DNA of 64,000 nucleotides from Macrostomum lignano (lineage: Eukaryota): contig NIVC01001981.1 in NCBI GenBank assembly GCA_002269645.1, positions 62,001 through 126,000 on the forward strand, written 5' to 3'. Under the pieces are notes generated by a model, which ran no database searches, was not told the origin of the DNA, and saw nothing but the letters and a program-made list of their open reading frames with translations. The position numbers were made by a program, and so were the translations under genes. Positions 41,558-64,000 of this stretch are shown here, piece after piece. The first letter of the stretch is position 1; each line of letters starts with the position of its first letter.

Positions 41558-42712
41558 AGCAGTTCTCCAGGAGCTTTTGTGCATCTGAGCAGTTCTCTAT
41601 GAGCTTTTGTGCATCTGAGCAGTTCTCTATGAGCTTTTGTGCATCTGAGCAGTTCTCTATGAGCTTTTGTGCATCTGAGCAGTTCTCCAGGAGCTTTTGT
41701 GCATCTGAGCAGTTCTCTATGAGCTTTTGTGCATCTGAGCAGTTCTCCAGGAGCTTTTGTGCATCTGAGCAGTTCTCCAGGAGCTTTTGTGCATCTGAGC
41801 AGTTCTCCAGGAGCTTTTGTGCATCTGAGCAGTTCTCCAGGAGCTTTTGTGCATCTGAGCAGTTCTCTATGAGCTTTTGTGCATCTGAGCAGTTCTCCAG
41901 GAGCTTTTGTGCATCTGAGCAGTTCTCCAGGAGCTTTTGTGCATCTGAGCAGTTCTCCAGGAGCTTTTGTGCATCTGAGCAGTTCTCCAGGAGCTTTTGT
42001 GCATCTGAGCAGTTCTCCAGGAGCTTTTGTGCATCTGAGCAGTTCTCCAGGAGCTTTTGTGCATCTGAGCAGTTCTCCAGGAGCTTTTGTGCATCTGAGC
42101 AGTTCTCTATGAGCTTTTGTGCATCTGAGCAGTTCTCTATGAGCTTTTGTGCATCTGAGCAGTTCTCCAGGAGCTTTTGTGCATCTGAGCAGTTCTCCAG
42201 GAGCTTTTGTGCATCTGAGCAGTTCTCCAGGAGCTTTTGTGCATCTGAGCAGTTCTCCAGGAGCTTTTGTGCATCTGAGCAGTTCTCTATGAGCTTTTGT
42301 GCATCTGAGCAGTTCTCTATGAGCTTTTGTGCATCTGAGCAGTTCTCTATGAGCTTTTGTGCATCTGAGCAGTTCTCCAGGAGCTTTTGTGCATCTGAGC
42401 AGTTCTCCAGGAGCTTTTGTGCATCTGAGCAGTTCTCCAGGAGCTTTTGTGCATCTGAGCAGTTCTCTATGAGCTTTTGTGCATCTGAGCAGTTCTTTAT
42501 GAGCTTTTGTGCATCTGAGCAGTTATCTATGAGCTTTTGTGCATCTGAGCAGTTCTCCAGGAGCTTTTGTGCATCTGAGCAGTTCTCCAGGAGCTTTTGT
42601 GCATCTGAGCAGTTCTCCAGGAGCTTTTGTGCATCTGAGCAGTTCTCTATGAGCTTTTGTGCATCTGAGCAGTTCACAATAAAGTCATGAACTTTATGTG
42701 CATCTGAGCAAA
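41558..42712. repeat. Highly homogeneous 30-bp minisatellite (GCATCTGAGCAGTTCTCCAGGAGCTTTTGT; CCAG/CTAT dimorphism), about 38 copies
   Basis: Direct inspection. Confidence 0.96.
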
Positions 42713-43069
42713 TCAACAGGAGTTTTTTGCGTCTAAATCAGGAATAAAAAAAAAAACAGCTAATATTTGAAGACTACAAAAACATCTCAGACAGGCATAT
42801 TCCGATGCTAAGAAATTTCATGAGCCCAATGCTTCAATTTCGGGGTTCGAAGACAGAAATCGATCTGGAAAAAAGTGCGGTTAATGTGCTAAGGTATGGA
42901 TAAAAAAATAGAAATGCCATAACTGCTTTCCAACTCGCTAGCAGGTGGACAGCTGCCTCGATCTGCAGCAACGCCCAGAGCTCCATGTCAGCGTGTGTAA
43001 CTACGTAATGAATCTGCAGAAATTATAAATGAGACTGAGCATGAGACGACTGAAAGATCATAGACGAAC

Positions 43070-43388
<319 letters not shown>

Positions 43389-46300
43389 CCATGCAAAGCA
43401 AGAAAAAACACAGAAAAAACAGCCCACGAAGAAAACTTATCCAATACAATCAATAAATATTTCGATGATAAACTCTAAACATTTGTGCGTTTATACAAAG
43501 AAAATAAAGGACACGAAATAAACGCCATCCTATAATATTATCTCAATCAAAACTTCAGCTCGCTTGACTTCTCGATTGAACAAAAAAGCAGATAAAGCAA
43601 TAAGAACACTGATCTGCAGGAGAGAGAATATTGGATTTGCACAGTTAGACACTGCTCTGTCCAGCCAGCACAGGGCGCACACTATAATCCAGTGGATTAA
43701 TGAGCAATGAGTCAGCGGCAAATCAGCCCATTTATTAGATCAATAACAGCGCAACTGGACACCCAGGGGCTGGGCTTCTGGATCTAGACTCAGGTTAGAA
43801 GCCTCCTGCACTTCCCTAGTAACTATTGCGAATGGAAGACATTGGAGCTTATAGGAATCATCCCAAAGCTGGGTATTGAATGGCATTTATGCAGTGCAAG
43901 CAATAAGAAGTTTTGCATACAAAGGGATAATGCAAAATAAGGTAATAGTCTATAAAACTTCTTAGGCAAATACAGAAACTGATAATTTTGATATTAATTA
44001 TATGCTGATTAAAAGCATGACAATGTTTACATAGCTCAGCATTCTTAGCAAACCATCTTTATTAAACTATATAAAAAAGCTAACTATAATTGATTCCAAG
44101 AAGCTAATCCAATGACAACATAAAAATTGCATTTCAAACTGATATTAGTTAAACAAATCGGTAAAATGTTTTCTAGCGAAAACAATTTGTAGCTAACATA
44201 TAGCTTGTATCAAATTGGTAAGTTGGACTCGCAAAAGTACGAGTATTTGAAATTGAAATATAAGAGATAAGCAATAAACCGTCTAAAACGCTTTTACAAC
44301 TACTTAGTAGTATACTAAGTGATGCTTTGTACTTTAAGTAATGCAAAATATAAACTTAAGTTAATAAAGTTATCTATAGATGTATAATCATAATTCACAA
44401 AGGACTGCTAGATAACATCAGTACTATATGCTACTAACTAGTAGTATCTGTATGTGATTATAAGTAATACAATAAAAGAGGTAGGTCTTAGCTTTATGAC
44501 TAATGCTATAATAGTATAAAAAACAAAATTTAATGCTACAAATTCAAGTTATTTTATAAAGAATTAATATGAAATTGTTTTAATGATATTACTTTTATCT
44601 ATATTTAATTTCTGGATAAAAATAAGTATAATAGAAAAATCTTGCTACATGGGCAAAATAGATATTAAAATGCTATATCTTATCTAAGGAAATAATAAAA
44701 CACAATGACCTAAGAACCTTGATTTTAATTGCAATATGCTATATTGATAGTTATACATATAGTTAACCCTTTATAGTCTATTTGACTTTAAACTTTAAAC
44801 TCCAACTAAAGGAAAAATAGATAGCATTGCTTAATAATACAAAAATAATGGCAAAAAGAATACTTAGATTAACTTTTAAGAATCACCATTCTAACCACAA
44901 TGTGCATAGTATATATCATAAAAATCTCTATTCGACTATTGTTTGATATTTCAACCCCAGAGACTAGCTTCCTTGCCTAGCAATTTTATTTCAAATGTAC
45001 ACTACAAAATTAAATAATTTAATTACTTAAAGCATGGGCAACTACTAAGTCTAAAGATAATTAAATCTATATAGTAAAATATAGGCCTAGCAAATGGCAA
45101 AAACAGTTGATAATAAATGAAACTGGAAAAATTCTCTCTTACTTCTTACACAACAACACCACTACAAATAATTAAAAATATCAAGGAGGAACATAAAATT
45201 AAAATAAATATTACAGTAGCTAGATTCTACACTGCCGGGAATATAGAATAAGAACAAACGCAATATAGGCGGAAAACAAAACGGAGCAAACACGATTTCA
45301 AAATTCCAAGACTATAGGCCTGAATTTTAACTTTAAGGAATCTTCGAATTCGAAAGATAAGAAGACTGAAAGAAATGAAGAGAATGCATGCGAGAAATTA
45401 AATATTGATAAGAAATACAATTGTAACGTGATAAATATATTGACAGAATTAAAGTAAAGAAATAGCTAGCAGTTATTGAGTTATCGGCTCCTAATTGAAG
45501 CGGCCTACAGGCTGAGCCTGAGCCACACCCAGTTTTTCCCACGCCCTTCTAATAAAATTGCAGTTTTAAAATAGTTAAGCACTTTAACAACCTTTAAAGC
45601 TGCAATTACTTAAAATTACGGAAGGGCTATATGCTAACAGTGGAAGCATATAAGACTGCAAAAAAGACAAGAATGGCAAAATACTTGCTTCTGTTTTTAC
45701 TTTCTTTAGATCGCAGATATTACGGCTTCCCACTGACAAATTTGCAATACGCTACAGTCTGAGGAAATAATTTTCATACAATTTAATTGATAATTTACCT
45801 TGCGAATAGCGGGTGATTTTAGGCTTGCTCTTGAAATACCCATCAACACTAATCCGACGTGGTTTACGTGTAAAATTCAACAATAATTTAGCAAGTTTCA
45901 TGCATGGACTGTACCAAAATTACTTTAAAACGTTATTACTTATCCTCAATTGTAGATTGCAGATTGCATGTAGATAGCAAACTATGTGTAGATTATGAGC
46001 TATAATAACATGTAAATTACCGTACAAAATATCAAGAGGAAATTTATCACCGATTGGATCAGCTCGCTTGTTGATGCAGACTGCAGATGGTATTACTAAT
46101 CCGAACCATTAATATCAAGCTTAATATATTCGTCATTCTCATTCAAATGATATATTGTGGCCAAAGCAAAGCAAGTGCGGATGTTATAAATATCTAACGA
46201 CATTTAATGCGGCTCAAAAAGTGATTTACAATTGTCGGGATTAAAATAAGCAAATTATTTAGAAAATGGTTAACACAGAATCACAAAATGTGCACAACAG

Positions 46301-47214
46301 CCAGACTGAAGTTTGACGAATTTAGACTGAAAAAAAATCAAAAAAGACAAATGGATCGATAAGATGCAGTACAATATACGTGCAAATATGGTTTAAATAT
46401 TCACACGCGAAATTAGTAACTGTGCCAGGCTAAATATAAGCTTTGTGAAACTATTTGGGACACCTGATTAAAAGAGGAATAAGAACTAATATTTGCTTAG
46501 AAGTGTGACCTAAAAATACTAATTCGATTGCGAATAAACAAATCGAATCAATAAAGCTGAAGCCGACAAATAGCAAAAACTAACCATATAAAATATGCAA
46601 GCAAAATGACATGCTTTGTAAAATATTACTTATTTAGGATTATTAATAAAAGTACTATATACAACAAAGGGTGTGTCCACCATGTACATTACAATAAGCC
46701 TGTTTGTTTTATCACTTGCTATACAAATAAGCGTCAAAATTCCGGGTTTTAGCAATAATTTAAATAGCAAAGTTTCGTTAAAGAAACAAAAACTCGTCGA
46801 CTTAAAACTTACACAAATATCGGGCAGATAAAGGTTGGTTTGAAAAAACGGCTATTCAAATTTTTGAATATTCGAATTCGCGCGCGATTCCAACGATTAA
46901 AACAATTCTGGGAAAAAGGTTCACAAATCATTCTGTTTTTTTGCATGAATTCAAATAAATGAATGACAAAAATATTTTTATTCTATTATAGTTATTCAAT
47001 AAAGTTAAATCGATAACGTATTTTCGTTTAATATTTGCATTCGCGCCATTTTTAGACGATTATGAAACAGACTTCGAAAAGAACTTTCGGATGTGGCGTG
47101 AATTTAAATACAAAAACTGACCATTTAAAATTTTAATAGATTTTCCCGGCTTTCTTAAAATTAAAAAAACCAACCCGATTGTAAACATACTCAAACTAAT
47201 CGCTTTCGTTGATC

Positions 47215-48473
<1,259 letters not shown>

Positions 48474-48679
48474 GGCTGAATTGTTGCGAACAACCAAATA
48501 TGCGTGCGCCGGTATTGTAGAAATAACTGATGAAGCCGCTATGGAAGCTGAGTGTTTACTGGGGCTGTAAGAGAAATAATTTTGCAGCAGATGAAATTAA
48601 AAAAAAATATAATAAAGAGTGCACATATTAAGGTTTACTAGCTAGACCATTGCAGGATCTAGAGATGTTGTAACTGCCT

Positions 48680-49220
48680 GTAGATCGATAACCATCCAGT
48701 CTGTAGATCTATAAACATCTAGTCTGTGTATCTATAAACATCTAGTCTGTAGATCTATATCCATCTAGTCTGTAGATCTATAACCATCTAGTCTGTAGAT
48801 CTATAAACATCTAGTCTGTAGATCTATAACCATCTAGTCTGTAGATCTATAAACATCTAGTCTGTAGATCTATAACCATCTAGTCTGTAGATCTATAACC
48901 ATCTAGTCTGTAGATCCATAACCATCTAGTCTGTAGATCCATAACCATCTAGTCTGTAGATCCATAACCATCTAGTCTGTAGATCTATAACCATCTAGTC
49001 TGTAGATCTATAACCATCTAGTCTGTAGATCTATAACCATCTAGTCTGTAGATCCATAACCATCTAGTCTGTAGATCTATAACCATCTAGTCTGTAGATC
49101 TATAACCATCTAGTCTGTAGATCCATAACCATCTAGTCTGTAGATCTATAACCATCTAGTCTGTAGATCCATAACCATCTAGTCTGTAGATCTATAACCA
49201 TCTAGTCTGTAGATCTATAA
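48680..49220. repeat. 23-bp minisatellite (ATCTAGTCTGTAGATCTATAACC)
   Basis: Direct inspection. Confidence 0.94.
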
Positions 49221-49528
49221 AAAAACTAATTTTTATTCCAGCCTGTCTACATTGCAATAAAACAAGCCACGCACTAAACTTTGCTATATATAAAGAACAA
49301 AATGTGAAAAATAATGCAAGACAAAGCCGCAACTATTTTTTTGTCTCCAATGAAATCCAGAGCGCGAACAAGCGCCAGGCCAAAATTGTTTTTATTTAGT
49401 TTTACATAACTCCCGGCTCATAATTCTGCGCACATCAAACCCCGCTGCTATTCGATGCCGGCAGGGCATCGCTAAGCACGCATCCCAGTGAGTCATCAGT
49501 TTCTAAATTATTTCCATTCGAGAGTTTC

Positions 49529-49981
49529 TCAAGCCTCGGCTGGAGGCTGCTGCGGAGCCGCAGGCTGGGTCTTGCGATAAGCCAGCCGGTCGCCAAATCG
49601 ACCGCCGCTGCGTTCGCCGCCTTCGCCTCGCTCGCCGCGTCCGCCGGCGCCGGGTCCGCGCGCGTCGGTGGCGCCGGCGCCGCCTGGACCGGCGCGCCTG
49701 CTCAGAGTGGCTGGCACGCACTCGGTGGGCAGGTGCAAATACTTGCGCAGAAATTCGATACCCTCGTTAGTCAGAAACCAGTAGTAGTGACGCCAGGCAA
49801 ACTGTTCGCGGACAAAGCCGCGCGACTTCAGGCTGATCAGCGCCTTCACCACGTGCAGATTGCGCACCCCAGTGACCTGCGGATGCGTCACATTCGGTCG
49901 AGGATCTTTTTTAGCCACCATGACGCCGTCGGAGAACAGGCGCTCGTAGATGGCAACGGTTTCTTTCTTGGGGATCAGCAT
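49529..49981 (-). CDS. RPS10: Divergent, intronless 40S ribosomal protein S10 (eS10, plectin/S10 domain) paralogue, 150 aa
   Basis: MLIPKK...[17 protein letters not shown]...[45 protein letters not shown]...VPATL is the S10 domain. An in-frame TAA upstream fixes the ATG. AATAAA (minus strand) lies at 49391-49396. Confidence 0.9.
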   Translation of the reverse strand: MLIPKKETVAIYERLFSDGVMVAKKDPRPNVTHPQVTGVRNLHVVKALISLKSRGFVREQFAWRHYYWFLTNEGIEFLRKYLHLPTECVPATLSRRAGPGGAGATDARGPGAGGRGERGEGGERSGGRFGDRLAYRKTQPAAPQQPPAEA

Positions 49982-50139
49982 GGCTGGCTGGGTTGCGGCA
50001 CTGGCTGCGGGATGGCAATTGCGTTAGGCGAACTTGAACTCCCGATCTCTATATCGCGCTGTGCTTCTCTCATGCCTCTTCAACCATACCCTGGCACCAG
50101 TACCGACCTTATTTCACCTCCGGTTTCCTAACCTTGCCT

Positions 50140-51070
50140 CCCTCTTCTGTTCTACCCTTTATCCTTCTGTTCTACCCTTCATCCTTCTGTTCTACCCTTC
50201 ATCCTTCTGTTCTACCCTTCATCCTTCTGTTCTACCCTTCATCCTTCTGTTCTACCCTTCATCCTTCTGTTCTACCCTTTATCCTTCTGTTCTACCCTTC
50301 ATCCTTCTGTTCTACCCTTTATCCTTCTGTTCTACCCTTCCTCCTTCTATTCTACCCTTCCTCCTTCTATTCTACCCTTCCTCCTTCTATTCTACCCTTC
50401 CTCCTTCTATTCTACCCTTCCTCCTTCTATTCTACCCTTCCTCCTTCTATTCTACCCTTCCTCCTTCTATTCTACCCTTCCTCCTTCTGTTCTACCCTTC
50501 CTCCTTCTGTTCTACCCTTCCTCCTTCTATTCTACCCTTCCTCCTTCTATTCTACCCTTCCTCCTTCTATTCTACCCTTCCTCCTTCTGTTCTACCCTTC
50601 CTCCTTCTATTCTACCCTTCCTCCTTCTGTTCTACCCTTCCTCCTTCTATTCTACCCTTCCTCCTTCTATTCTACCCTTCCTCCTTCTGTTCTACCCTTC
50701 CTCCTTCTATTCTACCCTTCCTCCTTCTATTCTACCCTTCCTCCTTCTGTTCTACCCTTCCTCCTTCTATTCTACCCTTCCTCCTTCTATTCTACCCTTC
50801 CTCCTTCTATTCTACCCTTCCTCCTTCTATTCTACCCTTCCTCCTTCTATTCTACCCTTCCTCCTTCTATTCTACCCTTCCTCCTTCTGTTCTACCCTTC
50901 CTCCTTCTGTTCTACCCTTCCTCCTTCTATTCTACCCTTCCTCCTTCTATTCTACCCTTCCTCCTTCTATTCTACCCTTCCTCCTTCTGTTCTACCCTTC
51001 CTCCTTCTATTCTATCCTTCCTCCTTCTATTCTACCCTTCCTCCTTCTGTTCTACCCTTCCTCCTATTCT
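50140..51070. repeat. 20-bp pyrimidine-rich minisatellite (TCTACCCTTCCTCCTTCTAT)
   Basis: Direct inspection. Confidence 0.95.
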
Positions 51071-51796
51071 ACCTTTCCTCCTTCTTATATTTTCTGTTCT
51101 ACTCTTCCCCACTTTATCTGTTCTACTCTTCCTTTCTTCCTCTGTTCTCCCCTTCCTCTCCCTTTGTTCTACTTTTCACTCTTCCTCGGTTGTACCCTTC
51201 CTCTCTCACCCATCTTTTATCTATCCTTTTTACTTCTTCCTCATCTAACGTATCAGATTCAGCAACCTTTTTGCTAAGAATTTAAAATTTATTGATTAAA
51301 AAGCAGTTGAAAACTCAATCAACAATAAAAATGTGGCTTAAGTATATATTTATTGTAAGTATACATAGTAATTTTTAAATATTTACTATATGCGCTCGTG
51401 ATAGCAATAAAACGGCAGCAACTATTGAAAAGTTAGTAGGAAAAGTGAATCAATCAATCAATCAATGAAAAAACTGGAATATTTATAGGTCTGCATAGTG
51501 AAACCGCTGGTAATTAAATTAAAGTAACTATCAGCATCATGACAATTAGCTCGTAAAATTACTGAGTAGAAATGTAAGCAAGAATATTATATGCGGTCAC
51601 ATTACAAATAATAACTAATCTAGGATATACGCAGGCTCAGCAGGGTACTGCAAAACCTCCCGTTTATCATTGAGAATATTGAGTGCATAGATAGAGCAGG
51701 ACAATTTAATGGAAGCTTCGCAGCATTCTGCCTATCTAAAAACCACACGTATTGTTTGCAGTTTGCAGTCAATCCACCGACTGTCGTGTCGGCAAC

Positions 51797-53218
51797 TCAC
51801 ACAGCCTGGCCAGGCCTAGTAAGGGTCTGGTCCATGAACTTGCGCTTTGAGAAGCAGATCCACCATTTGCTTGGCTTCTCGTTCGGATTGCCGGGGAACA
51901 GTCGCTCCAGCAGGCGCTGACCGGTCTCCTGACGCAGCTGCTGGATGTACTGCCGCATCGCATCGTCTTCAGCGCGATCGCGCGGCTTCGCGTACATCGC
52001 GTTGAGCTCGCGGGGGAATCCGGGATCGCCGGGGATGTCGAACTTGGCGATGCCCATCGCGTTTATCTCCTTGGCGGCCTTAAGGAAACCGGGTTGGGTT
52101 CAATGTGCATGGGTAGTTATTGGCTATTAATTATTGAGGATCTGGGAGGCTGGCCCAGCCACTGAGGATCTGGGAGGCTGGCACAGCAACTGAGGATCTG
52201 GGAGGCTGGCCCAGTAACTGAGGATCTGGGAGGCTGGCACAGCAACTGAGGATCTGGGAGGCTGGCCCAGCAACTAAGGATCTGGGAGGCTGGCACAGCA
52301 ACTGAGGATCTGGGAGGCTGGCACAGCAACTGAGGATCTGGGAGGCTGGCACAGCAACTGAGGATCTGGGAGGCTGGCCCAGCAACTGCGGATCTGGGAG
52401 GCTGGCACAGCAACTGAGGATCTGGGAGGCTGGCACAGCAACTGAGGATCTGGGAGGCTGGCCCAGCAACTGCGGATCTAGGAGGCTGGCCCAGTAACTG
52501 AGGATCTGGGAGGCTGGCCTGAAATTGACGATCTAAGAGGCTGGCCCTAGCAACTGAGGATCTGGGAGGCTGGCCCAGCAGCTGCGGATCTGGGAGGCTG
52601 GCCCAGCAACTGAGGATCTGGGAGGCTGGCCCAGCCACTGAAGATCTGGGAGGCTGGCACAGCAACTGAGGATCTGGGAGGCTGGCCCAGCAACTGATGA
52701 TCTGAGAGGATAGCCCAGCAACTGAGGATCTGGGAGGCTGGCCCAGCAACTGATGATCTGAGAGGATAGCCCAGCAACTGAGGATCTGGGAGGCTGGCCC
52801 AGCATGTAAAGATCTGAGAGGATAGCCCAGCAACTGAGGATCTGGGAGGCTGGCCCAGCAACTGATGATCTGAGAGGATAGCCCAGCAACTGAGGATCTG
52901 GGAGGCTGGCCCAGCAACTGAGGATCTCAAAAAGCATCAAAGACTTACCTGATTTTTATTTTGGCAGCGGTGAACTTTTTTCAGCACATCCAAAATGTAA
53001 AGAGTCAGGTAGATGAGGACGCGGTCAGCCTCAGACTTGATCTCGTAGTTCTTAAAGAAAACGTTGGCCTTAAAGTAGAACAGAGCCTCGTCAATGATGT
53101 CCTTTTCTAGGCTGGCCTCCTGCGGTGCCGGGCCACGAAACTTGGTTCGCAGCGGCAGCAGAGCCATGTTGCCAACCAGCTTGGGTGGCTGCACGAACTC
53201 AGAATGATAGGCTGGCAT
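51797..53218 (-). CDS. ARPC3: Arp2/3 complex subunit 3 (p21-Arc), 2 exons, 183 aa
   Basis: Exons 53218-52949 (MPAYHS...[13 protein letters not shown]...[36 protein letters not shown]) and 52078-51797 ([10 protein letters not shown]...[16 protein letters not shown]...[14 protein letters not shown]). The intron is phase 0, GTAAGT...AG. Confidence 0.96.
52130..52926. repeat. 28-bp minisatellite (AACTGAGGATCTGGGAGGCTGGCCCAGC) filling the ARPC3 intron
   Basis: Direct inspection. Confidence 0.94.
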
Positions 53219-54599
53219 AACTAGTAGTTATGGAATAGGTAAACACCATGAAGTTAAGCAGAGACGGCTGCGGTTAGTGCTCAGCTAAATAAAAGAGCTC
53301 TAGCCTACGGTTCTATGATAGAAATAGAGCTTGAAAGGCTAGGCTTAGGCGCATTTCTAGGATTTCCAAGAAATGACAAAAGCAAAGCTCTCAGGAATGC
53401 AAAGAGGAAATATGGCAAAGAGCAGAAAAGTATATTTATTGATTAATATTCTTACTAAATCATAAATATATTAATCTGGCATTTGTTTGTGTAGTTTATC
53501 GCGACGCAATAAAAATTATTGTACGCTTATTTTCGTCGATACTACTGCCTGTCGTATAGAGACACGAGTATTATAAACAACGCACAAGGATACATATTGA
53601 AGCTATGTATTGATAGGTACAATGGACAGCAACAGAACTGCTTGATTGACAACAATATAAACTGATTCAAGTCGGAGCTATAATTACACAGGGAAATGTA
53701 TAGATATGTAAAAATAGCTTTCTCTACTAACCAAATAAATCATGTTCAAAATGAAAATCATTGATGTTATTAACCCGCTGTTAAGAGCCCAACAACATAA
53801 AAGAACTTTACTGAAGTATTGGAATTGGAAACATTTTAATTGGCAGCTAATGAAGATAGATAGACAAACTAATTATAATTATAATTACCTGGCAACTGTA
53901 ACTATTAGCATCATAAAAATACGCACAGAGAGTAGAGGAAGCCATCGGTAATGAAATAAATAGCTACAACTGAGAGAGTCATTTAATATAAGAAATATTA
54001 CACTGGAATAAATGGGCAAATATGTTACAAAAATTATTTTGGCAATTCAATTATTATTTATCAATGAACATTAACTAAATAAAGCGCGAAAGACCCCAAA
54101 TTAACAAAAGCCCGTAAATTATACACATATATATGCTTAATAAAGATGATCACGCAACACATTCTAGTTCTTAGTTAAGCACAGCCAAAACTATCATTAA
54201 TTGCATTACTTTAGCATGAATTTAATGTTTTGAAAACATATCCAATAATGAATGAGAAAATACAAGCAAGCCAAGCCAGTGTAAATATGCTTACAGAAAG
54301 TGCGTCAAGTACTTCTGTTATTCAGCTTGTGCGCATACTACTGCCAACTTAACAGTAGCAAAGCGGGACAGGATTTTAAACATTGTTGTTAGCAGATAAA
54401 TCTGTGGTCGGGGCTGGAGACATGCTTTTAGCTAAGCTGCAATTAATTATATTAACTGAAGTCTTCCTGGATTAGGCTCTCTAGTAAGGCATTAGCAAGT
54501 TGAAATGAACGATTAGCTAATTTTAATTACGATTCATAGAAAACACCAATTTTCTTTTTTATACTATGATAGCTTACGTCGTAAATTGATTATATGAGT

Positions 54600-55095
54600 T
54601 CGTGGACAGCTAATCAGGGGTACATGGACAACTAATTATAGATGGTTCATGGACAACTAAGCATAGAAGTTCATGGACAACTAAGCATGGAAGTTCATGG
54701 ACAACTAAGCATAGAAGTTCATGGACAACTAAGCATAGAAGTTCATGGACAACTAAGCATAGAAGTTCATGGACAACTAAGCATAGAAGTTCATGGACAA
54801 CGAAGCATAGAAGTTCATGGACAACTAAGCATAGAAGTTCATGGACAGCTAATTATAGAGGTTCATGGACAACTAAGAATATAAGTTCATGCACAACTAA
54901 GCATAGATGGTTCATGGACAACTAAGCATAGAAGTTCATGGACAACTAAGCATAGAAGTTCATGGACAGCTAATTATAGAGGTTCATGGACAACTAATCA
55001 TAGAGGTTCATCGACAACTAACCATAGAGGCTCATGGACAACTAACCATAGAGGCTCATGGACAACTAACCATAGAGGTTCATAGACAGCTAATA
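54600..55095. repeat. 24-bp minisatellite (TTCATGGACAACTAAGCATAGAAG)
   Basis: Direct inspection. Confidence 0.92.
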
Positions 55096-55284
55096 GGTTT
55101 ATTTTAAACATATAATCTTAAACTTTGCTGATTAATATATTTAAATCTTCTGAAATGAACTCTCCACCTCAGGTGCTGCAAAAAAAGTACAGTTAATCTA
55201 TAACAGAAAAATTGAAAGCAAGCAGACGACAGAGAAAACAAAGTGCGCGCAAGCCACCTTATAACTATCCAAATTATAAAATGG

Positions 55285-63306
<8,022 letters not shown>

Positions 63307-63399
63307 CTGTAAATAGTTAGTAAGACACTTATCTGACTACTGAATAGCAGTTAAGATGGGATGTGCTAAAGTAATGTATGTCGACGAATTGCATCTGCT

Positions 63400-64000
63400 T
63401 TTGAGTGCCCAATTGACTTTTGAGAGTGCCCGATTCATTTTTGAGAGTGCCCAATTGACTTTTGAGAGTGCCCAATTCATTTTTGAGTGTCTAATTGACT
63501 TTTGAGAGTGCCCGATTCATTTTTGAGAGTGCCCGATTCATTTTTGAGAGTGCCCAATCCATTTTTGAGAGTGTCCAATTGACTTTTGAGAGTGCCCGAT
63601 TCATTTTTGAGAGTGCCCGATTCATTTTTGAGTGTCCAATTGACTTTTGAGAGTGCCCGATTCATTTTTGAGTGTCCAATTGACTTTTGAGAGTGCCCGA
63701 TTCATTTTTGAGTGTCCAATTGACTTTTGAGAGTGCCCGATTCATTTTTGAGTGTCCAATTGACTTTTGAGAGTGCCCGATTCATTTTTGAGTGTCCAAT
63801 TGACTTTTGAGAGTGCCCGATTCATTTTTGAGTGTCCAATTGACTTTTGAGAGTGCCCGATTCATTTTTGAGTGTCCAATTGACTTTTGAGAGTGCCCGA
63901 TTCATTTTTGAGTGTCCAATTGACTTTTGAGAGTGCCCGATTCATTTTTGAGAGTGTCCAATTGACTTTTGAGAGTGCCCGATTCATTTTTGAGAGTGTC
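63400..64000. repeat. 19/21-bp dimeric minisatellite (AATTGACTTTTGAGAGTGCCC / GATTCATTTTTGAGTGTCC), runs off the window
   Basis: Direct inspection. Confidence 0.92.

Noticed and set aside
43900-47200. 3.3-kb very AT-rich repeat-free stretch
   Set aside because: No substantial ORF or recognisable element; consistent with 3' UTR or intergenic DNA.
50034-51285. 404- and 383-aa hydrophobic ORFs
   Set aside because: 20-bp pyrimidine-rich repeat.

Overview
Eukaryotic (animal) genomic DNA with GC-rich exons and AT-rich or tandem-repeat-filled introns. This style suggests a flatworm such as Macrostomum (inference, not shown by the sequence). Five co-oriented minus-strand genes run from right to left: type II PI 4-kinase (5'-incomplete, 5 exons), ARPC3 (2 exons), an intronless divergent RPS10/eS10 paralogue, a WBP1/VOPP1-like PPxY membrane protein (2 exons), and a 21-exon myosin VIIa. 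The myosin gene encodes about 2200 aa and carries two 1-bp frameshifts. An intronless plus-strand gene with a degenerate KH-like domain is nested antisense in a PI4K2 intron. About 40 distinct micro/minisatellite arrays and three tRNA-derived SINE copies are present, and most long ORFs in the supplied track are repeat artefacts. The most interesting observations are: (1) a dispersed spaced palindrome CGATA-NN-TATCG near intron ends; (2) an eS10 paralogue apparently lacking the ZNF598-target lysines and the RGG tail; (3) an operon-like array in which every first coding exon begins with a splice acceptor, compatible with SL trans-splicing; and (4) the nested KH-like gene. Exon boundaries were read by hand; repeat boundaries are approximate.
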